From: Alphaproteobacteria bacterium | GTDB lineage: Bacteria > Pseudomonadota > Alphaproteobacteria > UBA7887 | NCBI GenBank assembly: GCA_965200095.1 | Contig: OZ241350.1 | Span: 694,853-758,852 of the forward strand | DNA length: 64,000 bases | Direction of reading: 5' to 3' | Shown: positions 1-9,985 of the stretch, in pieces | Layout of the letters: every line of letters begins with the position of its first letter | Position numbering within the stretch: the stretch's first letter is position 1 | Made by a program: the position numbers and the translations under genes | Notes under the pieces: generated by a model | The model's database searches: none | What the model saw: the letters and a program-made list of their open reading frames with translations, nothing else | What the model was told of the DNA's origin: nothing

Positions 1-379
1 GGATATACCAGAGCGGCGCGATTCCCGCTTTCGCCGCGCGCAGATCGATCGCGAAGGCGGCCGCGAAGCCGGCGACGAGCAGCGACACCCGCAAGAGCGG
101 GTGGACGGCGGCGAGCGAAACCCACGCCATCGCCAGCGGCGCCGCCCCGGCGAGATGCCAGACTCCGGCCGCGCCGCCCGCCGCCGCGAAACCCCACAGC
201 GCCGCGCCCGCGCAGGCGAGCATGAGCGCGGCGTAGTTGGTCAGGTGGAAGAACGCCGTCGCGCGCAACCAGTCCGGCCCCGCGGCGACGCAGACCGCGC
301 CGAGCGCGAACGGAACCGCCCCTGCCGCTCCCAGCCGCAGCGCCGCGCGCGGCAGGGGCGGCGCGGGCGCTCCGGTCAT
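1..379 (-). CDS. hypothetical integral membrane protein; gene runs off the 5' edge of the window, so only the N-terminal part is present
   Basis: Minus-strand translation from ATG (rc of 377-379) gives [29 protein letters not shown]..., a hydrophobic, Ala/Leu-rich polypeptide. ATGA overlap with the stop of the upstream phhB-like gene. Confidence 0.4.
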   Translation of the reverse strand, partial: MTGAPAPPLPRAALRLGAAGAVPFALGAVCVAAGPDWLRATAFFHLTNYAALMLACAGAALWGFAAAGGAAGVWHLAGAAPLAMAWVSLAAVHPLLRVSLLVAGFAAAFAIDLRAAKAGIAPLWYI

Positions 380-675
380 CGGGCGGCGGCGCACAGGCTG
401 TCGAGGAACGCCGCGAGCTCGATGTCGCGAGAGGTGACGCCGCCCGCATCGTGGCTCGCCAGCGCGACATCGACGCGGTTGTAGACGTTGAACCATTCCG
501 GGTGGTGGTCCATGCGCTCGGCCTTGAGCGCGACGCGGCTCATCCAGCCGAAGGCGGCGTTGAAATCGGCGAAACGGTAGGTCTTGACGATGGCCTCGCG
601 GCCGTCGGCGACGGACCAGCCGTCGAGACCGGCGAGCGCTTTCGCCAGCGCGGCGGCGGTGAGTTTTTCGGACAT
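376..675 (-). CDS. phhB: pterin-4a-carbinolamine dehydratase
   Basis: 99-aa ORF. Motifs GWxxxDGRxAIxKxxxFxxFxxAxxFMxxVAxxAExxxHHPEWxNxYNxVxVxLxTH are characteristic of PCD/DCoH. Confidence 0.85.
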   Translation of the reverse strand: MSEKLTAAALAKALAGLDGWSVADGREAIVKTYRFADFNAAFGWMSRVALKAERMDHHPEWFNVYNRVDVALASHDAGGVTSRDIELAAFLDSLCAAAR

Positions 676-815
676 GGCGCGTTCCTCGCGGTTGGGGACC
701 GGCGGTTCTCATTATGGCGACGGACATCCCCCCTGGGAGCGCCGGCGTCTCGCCGGCATCTGCGTCATTGCGCGCTTCGCGCGGGCCGGCGGGACGCCGG
801 CGCTCCCGGGCGGCC

Positions 816-2951
<2,136 letters not shown>

Positions 2952-2964
2952 GCCGTCCCCGCGT

Positions 2965-3471
2965 TCAGCCGCCGGAGTCGGGAGCGAACACGGTCGCGCG
3001 CTCGATCTCCTCGACGTTCTCCGGGCGCGGGAACGGCGCGGGCGCGGCCTCGCCGCGGACCCGCGGGCGGCCGACCGCTTCGAAGAAGTCCTCGAGGCCG
3101 CCGGGCGTCAGCATCCAGGTCATCTTCAGCTCGTCCGCGCCCTCGTTGACGATGCGGTGCGCGTTTCCGGGGCCGAGGAAGACCATGGCGCCGGGTTCGA
3201 CCCGGTGCGCGGCGCCGTTCACCTCGACGCGCCCGGTCCCGGCGAAGAAGAACAGGACCTCCGCCTCGCGCGCATGGGCGTGTTCGCGCACATGGCCGCC
3301 CGGGGCGATGGTCTGGACGCCCGCCGAGAACCCGCGCACGCCGGGGTTGTCGCGCGGCGACAATTTGACCTCGGCGTATCCGTTCGCCGGCACAGGCTGC
3401 CAGTAGCTGCGCCCGGCGTCCGCCCCGGAGACCACGACCGCACCGCGTTCGCCGCGTTCCTTTCCGTCCAT
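2965..3471 (-). CDS. cupin domain protein
   Basis: 168-aa product from the internal ATG. Cupin motifs G(x)5HxH...E and G...H: [21 protein letters not shown] and [14 protein letters not shown]. The ORF-track start at 3549 has no good context; ATG at 3471 chosen. Confidence 0.7.
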   Translation of the reverse strand: MDGKERGERGAVVVSGADAGRSYWQPVPANGYAEVKLSPRDNPGVRGFSAGVQTIAPGGHVREHAHAREAEVLFFFAGTGRVEVNGAAHRVEPGAMVFLGPGNAHRIVNEGADELKMTWMLTPGGLEDFFEAVGRPRVRGEAAPAPFPRPENVEEIERATVFAPDSGG

Positions 3472-3540
3472 CGCCTTCTCCTTCCCCCGTCGGGCGCATG
3501 GTGGCGCAAGCCGCAGGCTCCGGCAACCGCCGGCGCGCGG
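3441..3540. repeat. left copy of an about 100-bp imperfect direct repeat (cupin 5' end plus upstream); right copy at 9404-9500
   Basis: Direct comparison: gccgcgttcctttccgtccatcgccttctccttcccccgtcgggcgcatggtggcgcaagccgc versus gccgcgttcctttccgttcatcgcttcctccctgtcgggcgtatggtggcgcaagccgc, about 85% identity. Confidence 0.5.
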
Positions 3541-3654
3541 GCGCCGCAACGCGCTGCAGTCGAGGAGGCCGCGCGCGGGGCAGTGGCGCGCCGGGGCGGG
3601 TGTCGCGACGCGCTACCCTCGGGATGTACTCCGGTCCGCACGGTAATTTCGAGC

Positions 3655-3714
3655 TTGACAAAAGGCGTCGCCCTCCCCACATGCTGGCCCAGCACCAAAC
3701 GGGAGGCCTGACCC
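3655..3714 (+). promoter_or_regulatory. putative promoter/RBS region of the Ubl-E2-JAB/E1 operon
   Basis: TTGACA at 3655-3660. Strong SD GGGAGG at 3701-3706, 8 nt before ATG 3715. No convincing -10 found. Confidence 0.25.
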
Positions 3715-4017
3715 ATGAGTGATGTTCCGGGCGGCGGCAAACGCGGGGCGGGGCCGGTGGCCACCGTAGGCGATGCAACGGAGAGTAACCGCGTGCAAAT
3801 CAAGGTGAACGGAGTCTCCGTCACGGTCACAGAGACCGTCTTGATACGCGAAATGCTGGAAGCGGCAAAAAACGAAGGTGCTATTGAAGGGTTGGTCAAA
3901 GAGTACGCCATTGAAAGGGTCAAGGAGGAAGGGGAAATCGGGATTGAGGAAATCATCACTGTGAAGGAGTTTGAGGAATTCTTGGCCGTGCCGACAGAAC
4001 CGACTCCGGTCGCATAG
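3715..4017 (+). CDS. small beta-grasp (ThiS/MoaD/ubiquitin-like) protein with acidic C-terminal extension (putative Ubl)
   Basis: 100 aa. The core IKVNGVSVTVTETVLIREML resembles the ThiS-type hxVNGxxhxhxxxxTlxxLL start of a beta-grasp. First gene of an operon with E2-like and JAB-E1 genes. Does not end in Gly-Gly, so processing would be needed. Confidence 0.4.
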   Translation: MSDVPGGGKRGAGPVATVGDATESNRVQIKVNGVSVTVTETVLIREMLEAAKNEGAIEGLVKEYAIERVKEEGEIGIEEIITVKEFEEFLAVPTEPTPVA

Positions 4018-4052
4018 CTAAATCGTAACTTCACGTGACCGGAGAAGGGTAC

Positions 4053-4439
4053 ATGAGCGTCGACGGTCGGATCGCCGGCGAATTGGAGGCTTTGGGTTAT
4101 CGACCCGAGATATTCGATGCCGAGACATCGGGCGGTCAACAGCGAGTCGTGACATTCCCATATCGCATAGGCGTCGGCCGATTCAAGGGCGAGATACGGA
4201 ATGTCGGTATTTCCACACAGTGCGAGGCGGTCGGATATCCTGAAACTCCGCCACACTGGATATTCATCAGCCCTCCGATAACCGATACGAAAGACGGCGG
4301 CCACCACGGAGTAAACAGCTTTGCCGGGAGAGAATGGGTCGCGTTGAGCCGCCCTCCGGGCGCATTTTGGGACAGAGTCCGGCACAAGGGTATGAGAGCG
4401 TATCTGGAGCATCTTTCCAGGGTCTGGTCCCGGATATGA
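4053..4439 (+). CDS. E2-like (UBC-fold) conjugating-enzyme candidate
   Basis: 128 aa from ATG 4053 (SD GAGAAGGG); the ORF-track GTG at 4035 has no RBS. A conserved Cys in ISTQCEAVGYPETPPHWIF and a hydrophobic core are compatible with a prokaryotic E2. Sits between the Ubl-like gene and the JAB-E1 fusion; stop overlaps the next start (ATGA). Confidence 0.45.
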   Translation: MSVDGRIAGELEALGYRPEIFDAETSGGQQRVVTFPYRIGVGRFKGEIRNVGISTQCEAVGYPETPPHWIFISPPITDTKDGGHHGVNSFAGREWVALSRPPGAFWDRVRHKGMRAYLEHLSRVWSRI

Positions 4440-5896
4440 GGCGGGCAGACTGGCATGAGGTCGTCCTGACATCGGAGGCCAACGACGCGGCATGCGACCA
4501 TCTCCTCCGGCACCACCGGCGTGGAGAATTGCAGGAAGACCTTTGCTTCGGCTTGTGGACTCCGAGCACCGGAGCGGAGCGGGAGACAGCCATCGTCACT
4601 GCCGTTTTGCCGCCCGCCAAGGGCGAACGAAGCCTGCATGGAAATGCGAGCTTCGAATCGCGCTACCTGACAAGGGTCGTCCGGGCGGCTATCAGGCGCG
4701 GTCAGGGTTTGGCGTTCATGCACAGCCATATGAGCGCCGGATGGCAAGGCATGAGCGCGACAGACGTCGAGGCGGAGAGGGATCGCATTGCGGACACCGC
4801 GAGAGCGACCGGCAAGCCGCTGGTCGGAATGACGGTGGGAACCGACGGCCATTGGAGCGCCAGGGTCTGGAAAGACGGGACGGCCGGCAAAACGAGGATA
4901 TGGTCCAGGAAGGTCAGGGTTCTGGAAAGGAGCCGGTTGCTGATTTGGGAGCGACCGGTATCAAGGAGTGCCGATCGTCGAAAACAGCGACGAACCGTCG
5001 ACAGTTGGGGAGAGGAACGACAGCGTCGCTTGGAAGCGTTGCGGATAGGCATTGTCGGCGTCGGCAGTGTAGGCAGCGTCGTAGCGGAAGGCCTCGCGCG
5101 AACGGGCTTACGCGAACTGGTGCTGATCGACCATGACGTTATAGAGCCGCATAATCTGGACCGTATGCTGAACACCAGTGCAAGGGATATCGGACGCTTC
5201 AAGACCGACGTTGCCGAGAAGGCGGCGCGACGAGCCAGCACCGCCGACGAAATCCGGATCGTAAATCATAGAAGAAGCATAAGAGATAAAACCGCATACG
5301 CGGCTGCGCGGGACTGCGACATTCTGGTAAGTTGCGTCGATAGTCCTGTAGCGCGAGATATCCTCAACAGAATATCCTACAGAGACGCCATTCCAGTTGT
5401 GGATGGCGGTGTGGAAGTACGAAAAGATCCGCAAAGCGGAAACATGAACGCCGCACGATGGAAATCGCATGTGGCGAACCCCTATACGGAATGCCTGAGA
5501 TGCAAAGGCCAGTACATATCGAGCGACGTGATGCTGGAGCTAGATGGATCATGGCGGAACCCCGACTACATCAAGGGGTCGGCAGGATCGGAGAAGGGGG
5601 CGGAGAACGTCTTTTGTCTGAGTTTATCGGCGGCGAGCGAGATGTTGAACATGACGTTGCGGATGCCGATCGCCGAAGAGTGGTGGCCAGAGCAGGAGGG
5701 TGTAGAACGTAACTTCGTAACCGGTAGGACCAAGAAGAGAATCGGCGGCTGTCATAAGAACTGCTCGGTAAGCCAGCAGAAGTGGGCGGGCGACGATGCG
5801 GGCGCGATTCTATATCTCCGCGACAGGGACGTCCGTCCGGGATTCGCCGTTCTGAATGGGGTTGCAAACATTTTCCGGCGGTTGGTAAGGCTATGA
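4436..5896 (+). CDS. JAB/MPN (JAMM) peptidase - E1-like (ThiF/MoeB) fusion protein
   Basis: N-terminal JAMM-like motif E...HSHMSAGWQGMSATD (HxH...S..D). Central Rossmann motif IGIVGVGSVGSVVAEGLARTGLRELVLIDHDVIEPHNLDRM, typical of E1/ThiF. CxxC (CLRCKG) downstream. ATGA overlaps at both ends (4436 and 5893). Confidence 0.8.
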   Translation: MRRADWHEVVLTSEANDAACDHLLRHHRRGELQEDLCFGLWTPSTGAERETAIVTAVLPPAKGERSLHGNASFESRYLTRVVRAAIRRGQGLAFMHSHMSAGWQGMSATDVEAERDRIADTARATGKPLVGMTVGTDGHWSARVWKDGTAGKTRIWSRKVRVLERSRLLIWERPVSRSADRRKQRRTVDSWGEERQRRLEALRIGIVGVGSVGSVVAEGLARTGLRELVLIDHDVIEPHNLDRMLNTSARDIGRFKTDVAEKAARRASTADEIRIVNHRRSIRDKTAYAAARDCDILVSCVDSPVARDILNRISYRDAIPVVDGGVEVRKDPQSGNMNAARWKSHVANPYTECLRCKGQYISSDVMLELDGSWRNPDYIKGSAGSEKGAENVFCLSLSAASEMLNMTLRMPIAEEWWPEQEGVERNFVTGRTKKRIGGCHKNCSVSQQKWAGDDAGAILYLRDRDVRPGFAVLNGVANIFRRLVRL

Positions 5897-6921
5897 TGAA
5901 AACAACAGACGAAAATTGGTGCGAGTTAATGGAGAAACTACATGACGTTAGCAAGCGCGTATCCAGGAGGCCGCTCTACATTGGGGAAATGCACGGCCTG
6001 CTACACGACAATTTGATTCTTTGCGCGCTGTTTCAGAACTTACCGGAAACAGGCGCTGGCTTGGTTCACTATACGTCATGGGAAAACGCACTGAACATGT
6101 TCAATGAATATGGTAACCCGGTAATGAGAATGTATAATTATGAGCAGTCTAATGACCCGGACGAGGGTAAAATCAAACCTAAAGAATGGGAAGAAGTGGA
6201 AAGAAACGTTGATCCGATTGACAAAAGTCAGAAAGATAACGACGGCAGGAAAAATGATTTCGAATACGACAGAAATACATACGGATGTTCGTTTTCTTCC
6301 GGTGGAAAGGGAGTCGAGGATGACCTGATGTACTGGAGGATGTACGGAAATAATGGGGAAGGATGTTCTTTGAAAATAACTCCCCCGAGTGCGCGCAAAC
6401 TAACGTCGCCGAGCACGCATAAACAAGATATATTAAGGGTGTGTTACCGTGACAAGGATTCCTCCGATAGGTGCGATCAGGAAGAGATTGAGGATGGAGA
6501 GATCGCCGTACGATTGCGCAAATTTTTCGCAGTCTGCACGGATATTGTCAGTAAAACTAACGGCAAATATCCGATTGAGGCAGAATTCATTGTAAGAAGA
6601 CTTCGCGAGATCGTTCGTGGATGTTATCACTTGGTCAAACATAAGAATTACGCAGTGGAGCGCGAGTGGCGCATGATTAAGGTTGCGCCGAATTCGGAAG
6701 CAATTCGATTCGATACGACGGGAGGAGGTCTGATTAGACGGTACATTGAGGGCCCTTGTCTGAAGGAAATTCTGAGTTCTGCTTCGGTCATAACGATAGG
6801 GCCAACCGTGCCCAACGGCGGTGCCGCGCGAGCCTATATTGAGTATCTGGCCAAGACAAAGCACGGAATACAGCATGTGGAAGTAAAAAATTCCAATCAA
6901 AACTATCGACGGCAATTGTAA
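5893..6921 (+). CDS. hypothetical protein, low-GC, possible effector or target of the Ubl system (DUF2971-like motif?)
   Basis: 342 aa from ATG 5893 (MMKTTDENW...), overlapping the E1 stop by ATGA. Visibly AT-rich compared with its neighbours. Motif LVHYTSWENALNMF...NDPDEG is reminiscent of the YxYTS...NDPxE signature of DUF2971; this is a weak recollection. Confidence 0.55.
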   Translation: MMKTTDENWCELMEKLHDVSKRVSRRPLYIGEMHGLLHDNLILCALFQNLPETGAGLVHYTSWENALNMFNEYGNPVMRMYNYEQSNDPDEGKIKPKEWEEVERNVDPIDKSQKDNDGRKNDFEYDRNTYGCSFSSGGKGVEDDLMYWRMYGNNGEGCSLKITPPSARKLTSPSTHKQDILRVCYRDKDSSDRCDQEEIEDGEIAVRLRKFFAVCTDIVSKTNGKYPIEAEFIVRRLREIVRGCYHLVKHKNYAVEREWRMIKVAPNSEAIRFDTTGGGLIRRYIEGPCLKEILSSASVITIGPTVPNGGAARAYIEYLAKTKHGIQHVEVKNSNQNYRRQL

Positions 6922-7010
6922 CGGTGCCGTCCTGAAACTTTTCTTGCACGGATGCTTGATGTCTGTCCAGCGGTTGTACGTTAGGGTGGTGGGTCGGCGC
7001 AATGATCGAT

Positions 7011-7865
7011 CTAGGCTCAGGACTCATAACCAGAATATGACGGTTGCGGCGATGCAGATGGCGCTGAAGAAGGTGTGCGCGCAGCGGTCGTATCGCGTGG
7101 CGATGCGTCGCCAGTCCTTGAGCCGACCGAACATGCGCTCAACGAGGTTGCGTTGCTTGTAAAGCCCGGCATCGCAGGCGACCGGCTTCTTGCGGTGCGC
7201 CCGTCCGGGGATGCAGGGGGCGATCCCGCGTCCCTCCAGGGCTTCGCGGAAGCGGTCGCTGTCGTAGCCCTTGTCGCCAATCGGGACATTCGCGTCCGGC
7301 GGCAAGGCGTTGAACATCATCGCGGCGCCGCGATGGTCGCTGACCTGCCCTTCGGTCAGCAGCATGATCGGGGGCTTGCCGTCGCCGTCGCAGACCGCGT
7401 GCAGTTTCGAGTTGAGGCCGCCCCGGGTGCGTCCGATACAGCGCGAAAGAGCCCCTTTTTTAGCAGACTGGCTGCGGTGCGGTGGGCCTTCAGATGGGTG
7501 GCGTCGATTATCACCGTCCCCGTTGCCCGGCCCTCCGCCGCCAGGGCCGCGAAGATGTGGTTGAACACGCCGGCCTCGCTCCACCGCACGAAGCGGTTGT
7601 AGAGGGTCTTGTGGGGACCGTATTCGGAGGGCGCGTGACGCCAGATGAGGCCGTATCGGATCACATGGATGATGCCGGAGATGACGCGCCGGTCATCGAC
7701 CCGGGGCACGCCGCGGACCTTGTTGGGCAGCAGCGGCCGGATGCGATCAAATTGGGTCTCGGAGAGCCAGAACTGGTGGTCGGACATGGTGCACCCCCTG
7801 TATCTGGTGGCAGCACACCACACATCCTAACCCAACGCAACCCCCTTTATGGGTCCTGAGCCTAG
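7011..7865 (-). mobile_element. IS5-family insertion sequence, copy 1 (IS427/IS1031-like subgroup)
   Basis: Terminal inverted repeats ggctcaggactcataa / ttatgggtcctgagcc, flanked by CTAG on both sides (4-bp TSD typical of IS5). Two overlapping transposase ORFs. Near-identical copies at 18075-18923 and 59834-60682. Confidence 0.85.
7024..7787 (-). CDS. IS5-family transposase OrfAB (programmed -1 frameshift at A6G within LLKKG)
   Basis: OrfA MSDHQFWLSETQFDRIRPLLP...HLKAHRTAASLLKKG and OrfB ...GDKGYDSDRFREALEGRGI...RNLVERMFGRLKDWRRIATRYDR (DDE) in overlapping frames. Confidence 0.8.
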
Positions 7866-7964
7866 GTACCAAACGAGTTGATCGCAACATTTGCAGGACG
7901 GCGCCCCGTCCCCTATGCTCCGCCATCGTCCGCTTCCCGGCGCGGGCTGCGAACGGAGACCGGC

Positions 7965-8708
7965 ATGGACCCGGACCTGGCAGGCTTCATCGGCCTTGCG
8001 GCATTGATGGTGACGCTCGTGGCGTGGCTGCGCGTCGACATGGGCGGACGCATGGACCGCCTCGACGAGCGCATGGGCCGCATCGAGACCACGCAGGCCG
8101 AGCACGGCGCGGCGCTGTCCGCGCACGGCGCAATGCTCTCCCAACAGGGCGAACGCCTGACGCGCATCGAGGCGACCCAGGCCGAACAGGGCGAACGCCT
8201 GACGCGCATTGAGGCGACCCAGGCCGAACAGGGCGAACGCCTGACGCGCATCGAGGCGACCCAGGCCGAACAGGGCGAACGCCTGACGCGCGTCGAGACG
8301 GCGCAAGCCGAACAGGGCGAGCGCCTGACGCGTATTGAGGCGACGCAAGCCGAACAGGGCGAACGCCTGACGCGCATCGAGACGACCCAGGCCGAACAGG
8401 GCGAACGCCTGACGCGCGTCGAGACGACCCAGGCCGAACAGGGCGAACGCCTGACGCGCGTTGAGATGGCGCAAGCCGAACAGGGCGAGCGCCTGATACG
8501 CATCGAGGCCGCGCAGAACGAGTTGCGCGAGCGTGTGGACGGAATGGACGCCGAACTGCGCGCCGAAATGCACGCCGCGCGCGCCGATCTGGCGCGCATC
8601 AACGAACGCATGGCGCGCACCGAAGGCACTGTGGCCGGGGCCCTCGGACGCCCCTTCCCCGAACTCATGACGCGCCCGGCCGACGCCGCAGCCGCAGCCG
8701 CCGAATAG
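7965..8708 (+). CDS. membrane-anchored coiled-coil protein with nine tandem 14-aa repeats (QAEQGERLTRIEAT)
   Basis: ATG 7965 (MDPDLAGFIGLAALMVTLVAWL = an N-terminal TM helix) followed by 9 x 42-bp in-frame repeats, then a coiled-coil tail. Function unknown. Confidence 0.6.
   Translation: MDPDLAGFIGLAALMVTLVAWLRVDMGGRMDRLDERMGRIETTQAEHGAALSAHGAMLSQQGERLTRIEATQAEQGERLTRIEATQAEQGERLTRIEATQAEQGERLTRVETAQAEQGERLTRIEATQAEQGERLTRIETTQAEQGERLTRVETTQAEQGERLTRVEMAQAEQGERLIRIEAAQNELRERVDGMDAELRAEMHAARADLARINERMARTEGTVAGALGRPFPELMTRPADAAAAAAE
8148..8526. repeat. 9 x 42-bp near-perfect tandem repeats, in frame within CDS 7965-8708
   Basis: Repeated unit ggcgaacgcctgacgcgcatcgaggcgacccaggccgaacag with few substitutions. 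Confidence 0.8.
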
Positions 8709-8817
8709 TCCCGCACCGCACGGAGGTCTCGTCGTCCGCAACATTGCGGGACGATGCGCCGTCCCCTATGCTCCGCCATCGTCCGCCCCGTCGCGCGGGC
8801 TACGAACGGAGGCCGAC

Positions 8818-9196
8818 ATGGACCCGGACCTGGCAGGCTTCATCGGCCTTGCGGCGTTGATGGTGACGCTCGTGGCGTGGCTGCGCATCGACATGAACGG
8901 GCGCATGGACCGTCTCGAGACCGCACAGGGCGAGCGCCTGACGCGCATCGAGGCGACGCTGTCCGAACACGGCGCAACGCTGTCGGCGCACGGCGAACGC
9001 CTGATACGCATCGAGGCCACACAGCACGAGTTGCGCGAGCGTATGGACGGACTGGACGCCGAACTGCACGCCGCGCGGGCCGACCTGTCGCGCATCAACG
9101 AACGCATGGCGCACCGAAGGCACAGTGGCCGGGGCCCTCGGACGCCCCTTCCCGGAACTCATGACGCGCCCCGCGGACGCCGCAGCCGCCGAATAG
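8818..9196 (+). pseudogene. second tandem copy of the coiled-coil gene, contracted to 1-2 repeats and with a 3' frameshift
   Basis: Upstream region and N-terminus (MDPDLAGFIGLAALMVTLVAWL) duplicated from 7890-8000. Only 1-2 repeat units. A 1-bp difference (atggcgcgcaccgaagg versus atggcgcaccgaagg) shifts the frame, so the conserved C-terminus (TEGTVAGALGRPFPELMTRPADAAAAE) falls out of frame. Confidence 0.45.
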
Positions 9197-9403
9197 TCCC
9201 GCGCGGGGTCTGCGCGATACCTGTCCGCGACCTGCGCCATCACGCCCTCGCCTTCGAAACAGCGCCGCGTGTCCGTGGGCCGGAGTCGTCGTCAGCCCTT
9301 GCAGGTAATAGAGCGAGAGCGGCGGGTTGATGAGGAAGCCGAGCACCCCGGCGCCGACCAGATTCCAGAACGCCGCCGCCAGGAAGAATATCAGCGGCAG
9401 GTG

Positions 9404-9500
9404 ATAGCGCCGCGTCCGCCGCGTTCCTTTCCGTTCATCGCTTCCTCCCTGTCGGGCGTATGGTGGCGCAAGCCGCGCGCCGCGGCAACGGGCCGGCGAC
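9404..9500. repeat. right copy of the about 100-bp imperfect direct repeat; contains a degenerate cupin start (MNGKERGGRGA... then stop)
   Basis: See 3441-3540. The minus strand encodes only 15 aa of a cupin-like N-terminus before a stop. Confidence 0.5.
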
Positions 9501-9896
9501 CCGCGTCACGACGATGAGCGTTACCCGGGGGAACGACCGCAAGGGCCCCGCAGCGTTGCGGCAAGGCGGGGAACTGCGCCGGACGCCCGCGGATGCGACG
9601 GCGCGCCGCCTCGAAACGGTTCTTGCGGGTCGAAACGGGAATCGCCGGCGACGGCCGGCGGTCCCTGTCGGCGGGTCCCGGCATCGGACCCCCGGATATG
9701 TCGCGTCGGCGCTCCCGGAGACGATCGCAGCCGGCCCGCCGCGCCTCGGCAAGGGCCGACCCTGTCCGGACACACGCGAGACACGGCGCGTCCGGGCCCT
9801 TATCCGTGGCCGGAAGCCCGCTTGCCGCCGGGACGGGCTGCGGGGAGCGGCGAACCGGCACGTTGATCGCCAGCTGCGCTCATGGTAGCGTAGGGC

Positions 9897-9962
9897 TACC
9901 TCTTCATCGGGGCCTCTTCATCGGGGCCTCTTCATCGGGGCCTCTTCATCGGGGCCTCTTCA
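9897..9962. repeat. 14-bp tandem repeat (cctcttcatcgggg) x about 4.6 in the leader/promoter of the autotransporter gene
   Basis: Seen directly: ctacctcttcatcgggg cctcttcatcgggg cctcttcatcgggg cctcttcatcgggg cctcttca. Ends 24 nt before ATG 9986; SD GAGGAAG at 9971-9977. Confidence 0.85.
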
Positions 9963-9985
9963 GATTTGTCGAGGAAGCCCCTTTC

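Noticed and set aside
8148-8526. Regular 42-bp direct repeats that could be mistaken for a CRISPR array
   Set aside because: The repeats are contiguous with no spacers, lie in frame inside a coding sequence (coiled-coil protein), and are not palindromic. No cas genes nearby.
9095-9346. 83-aa minus ORF (MLGFLINPPLSLYYLQG...) between the coiled-coil copy 2 and the right direct repeat
   Set aside because: Possibly a remnant of a membrane-protein gene, but too short and context-free to call.
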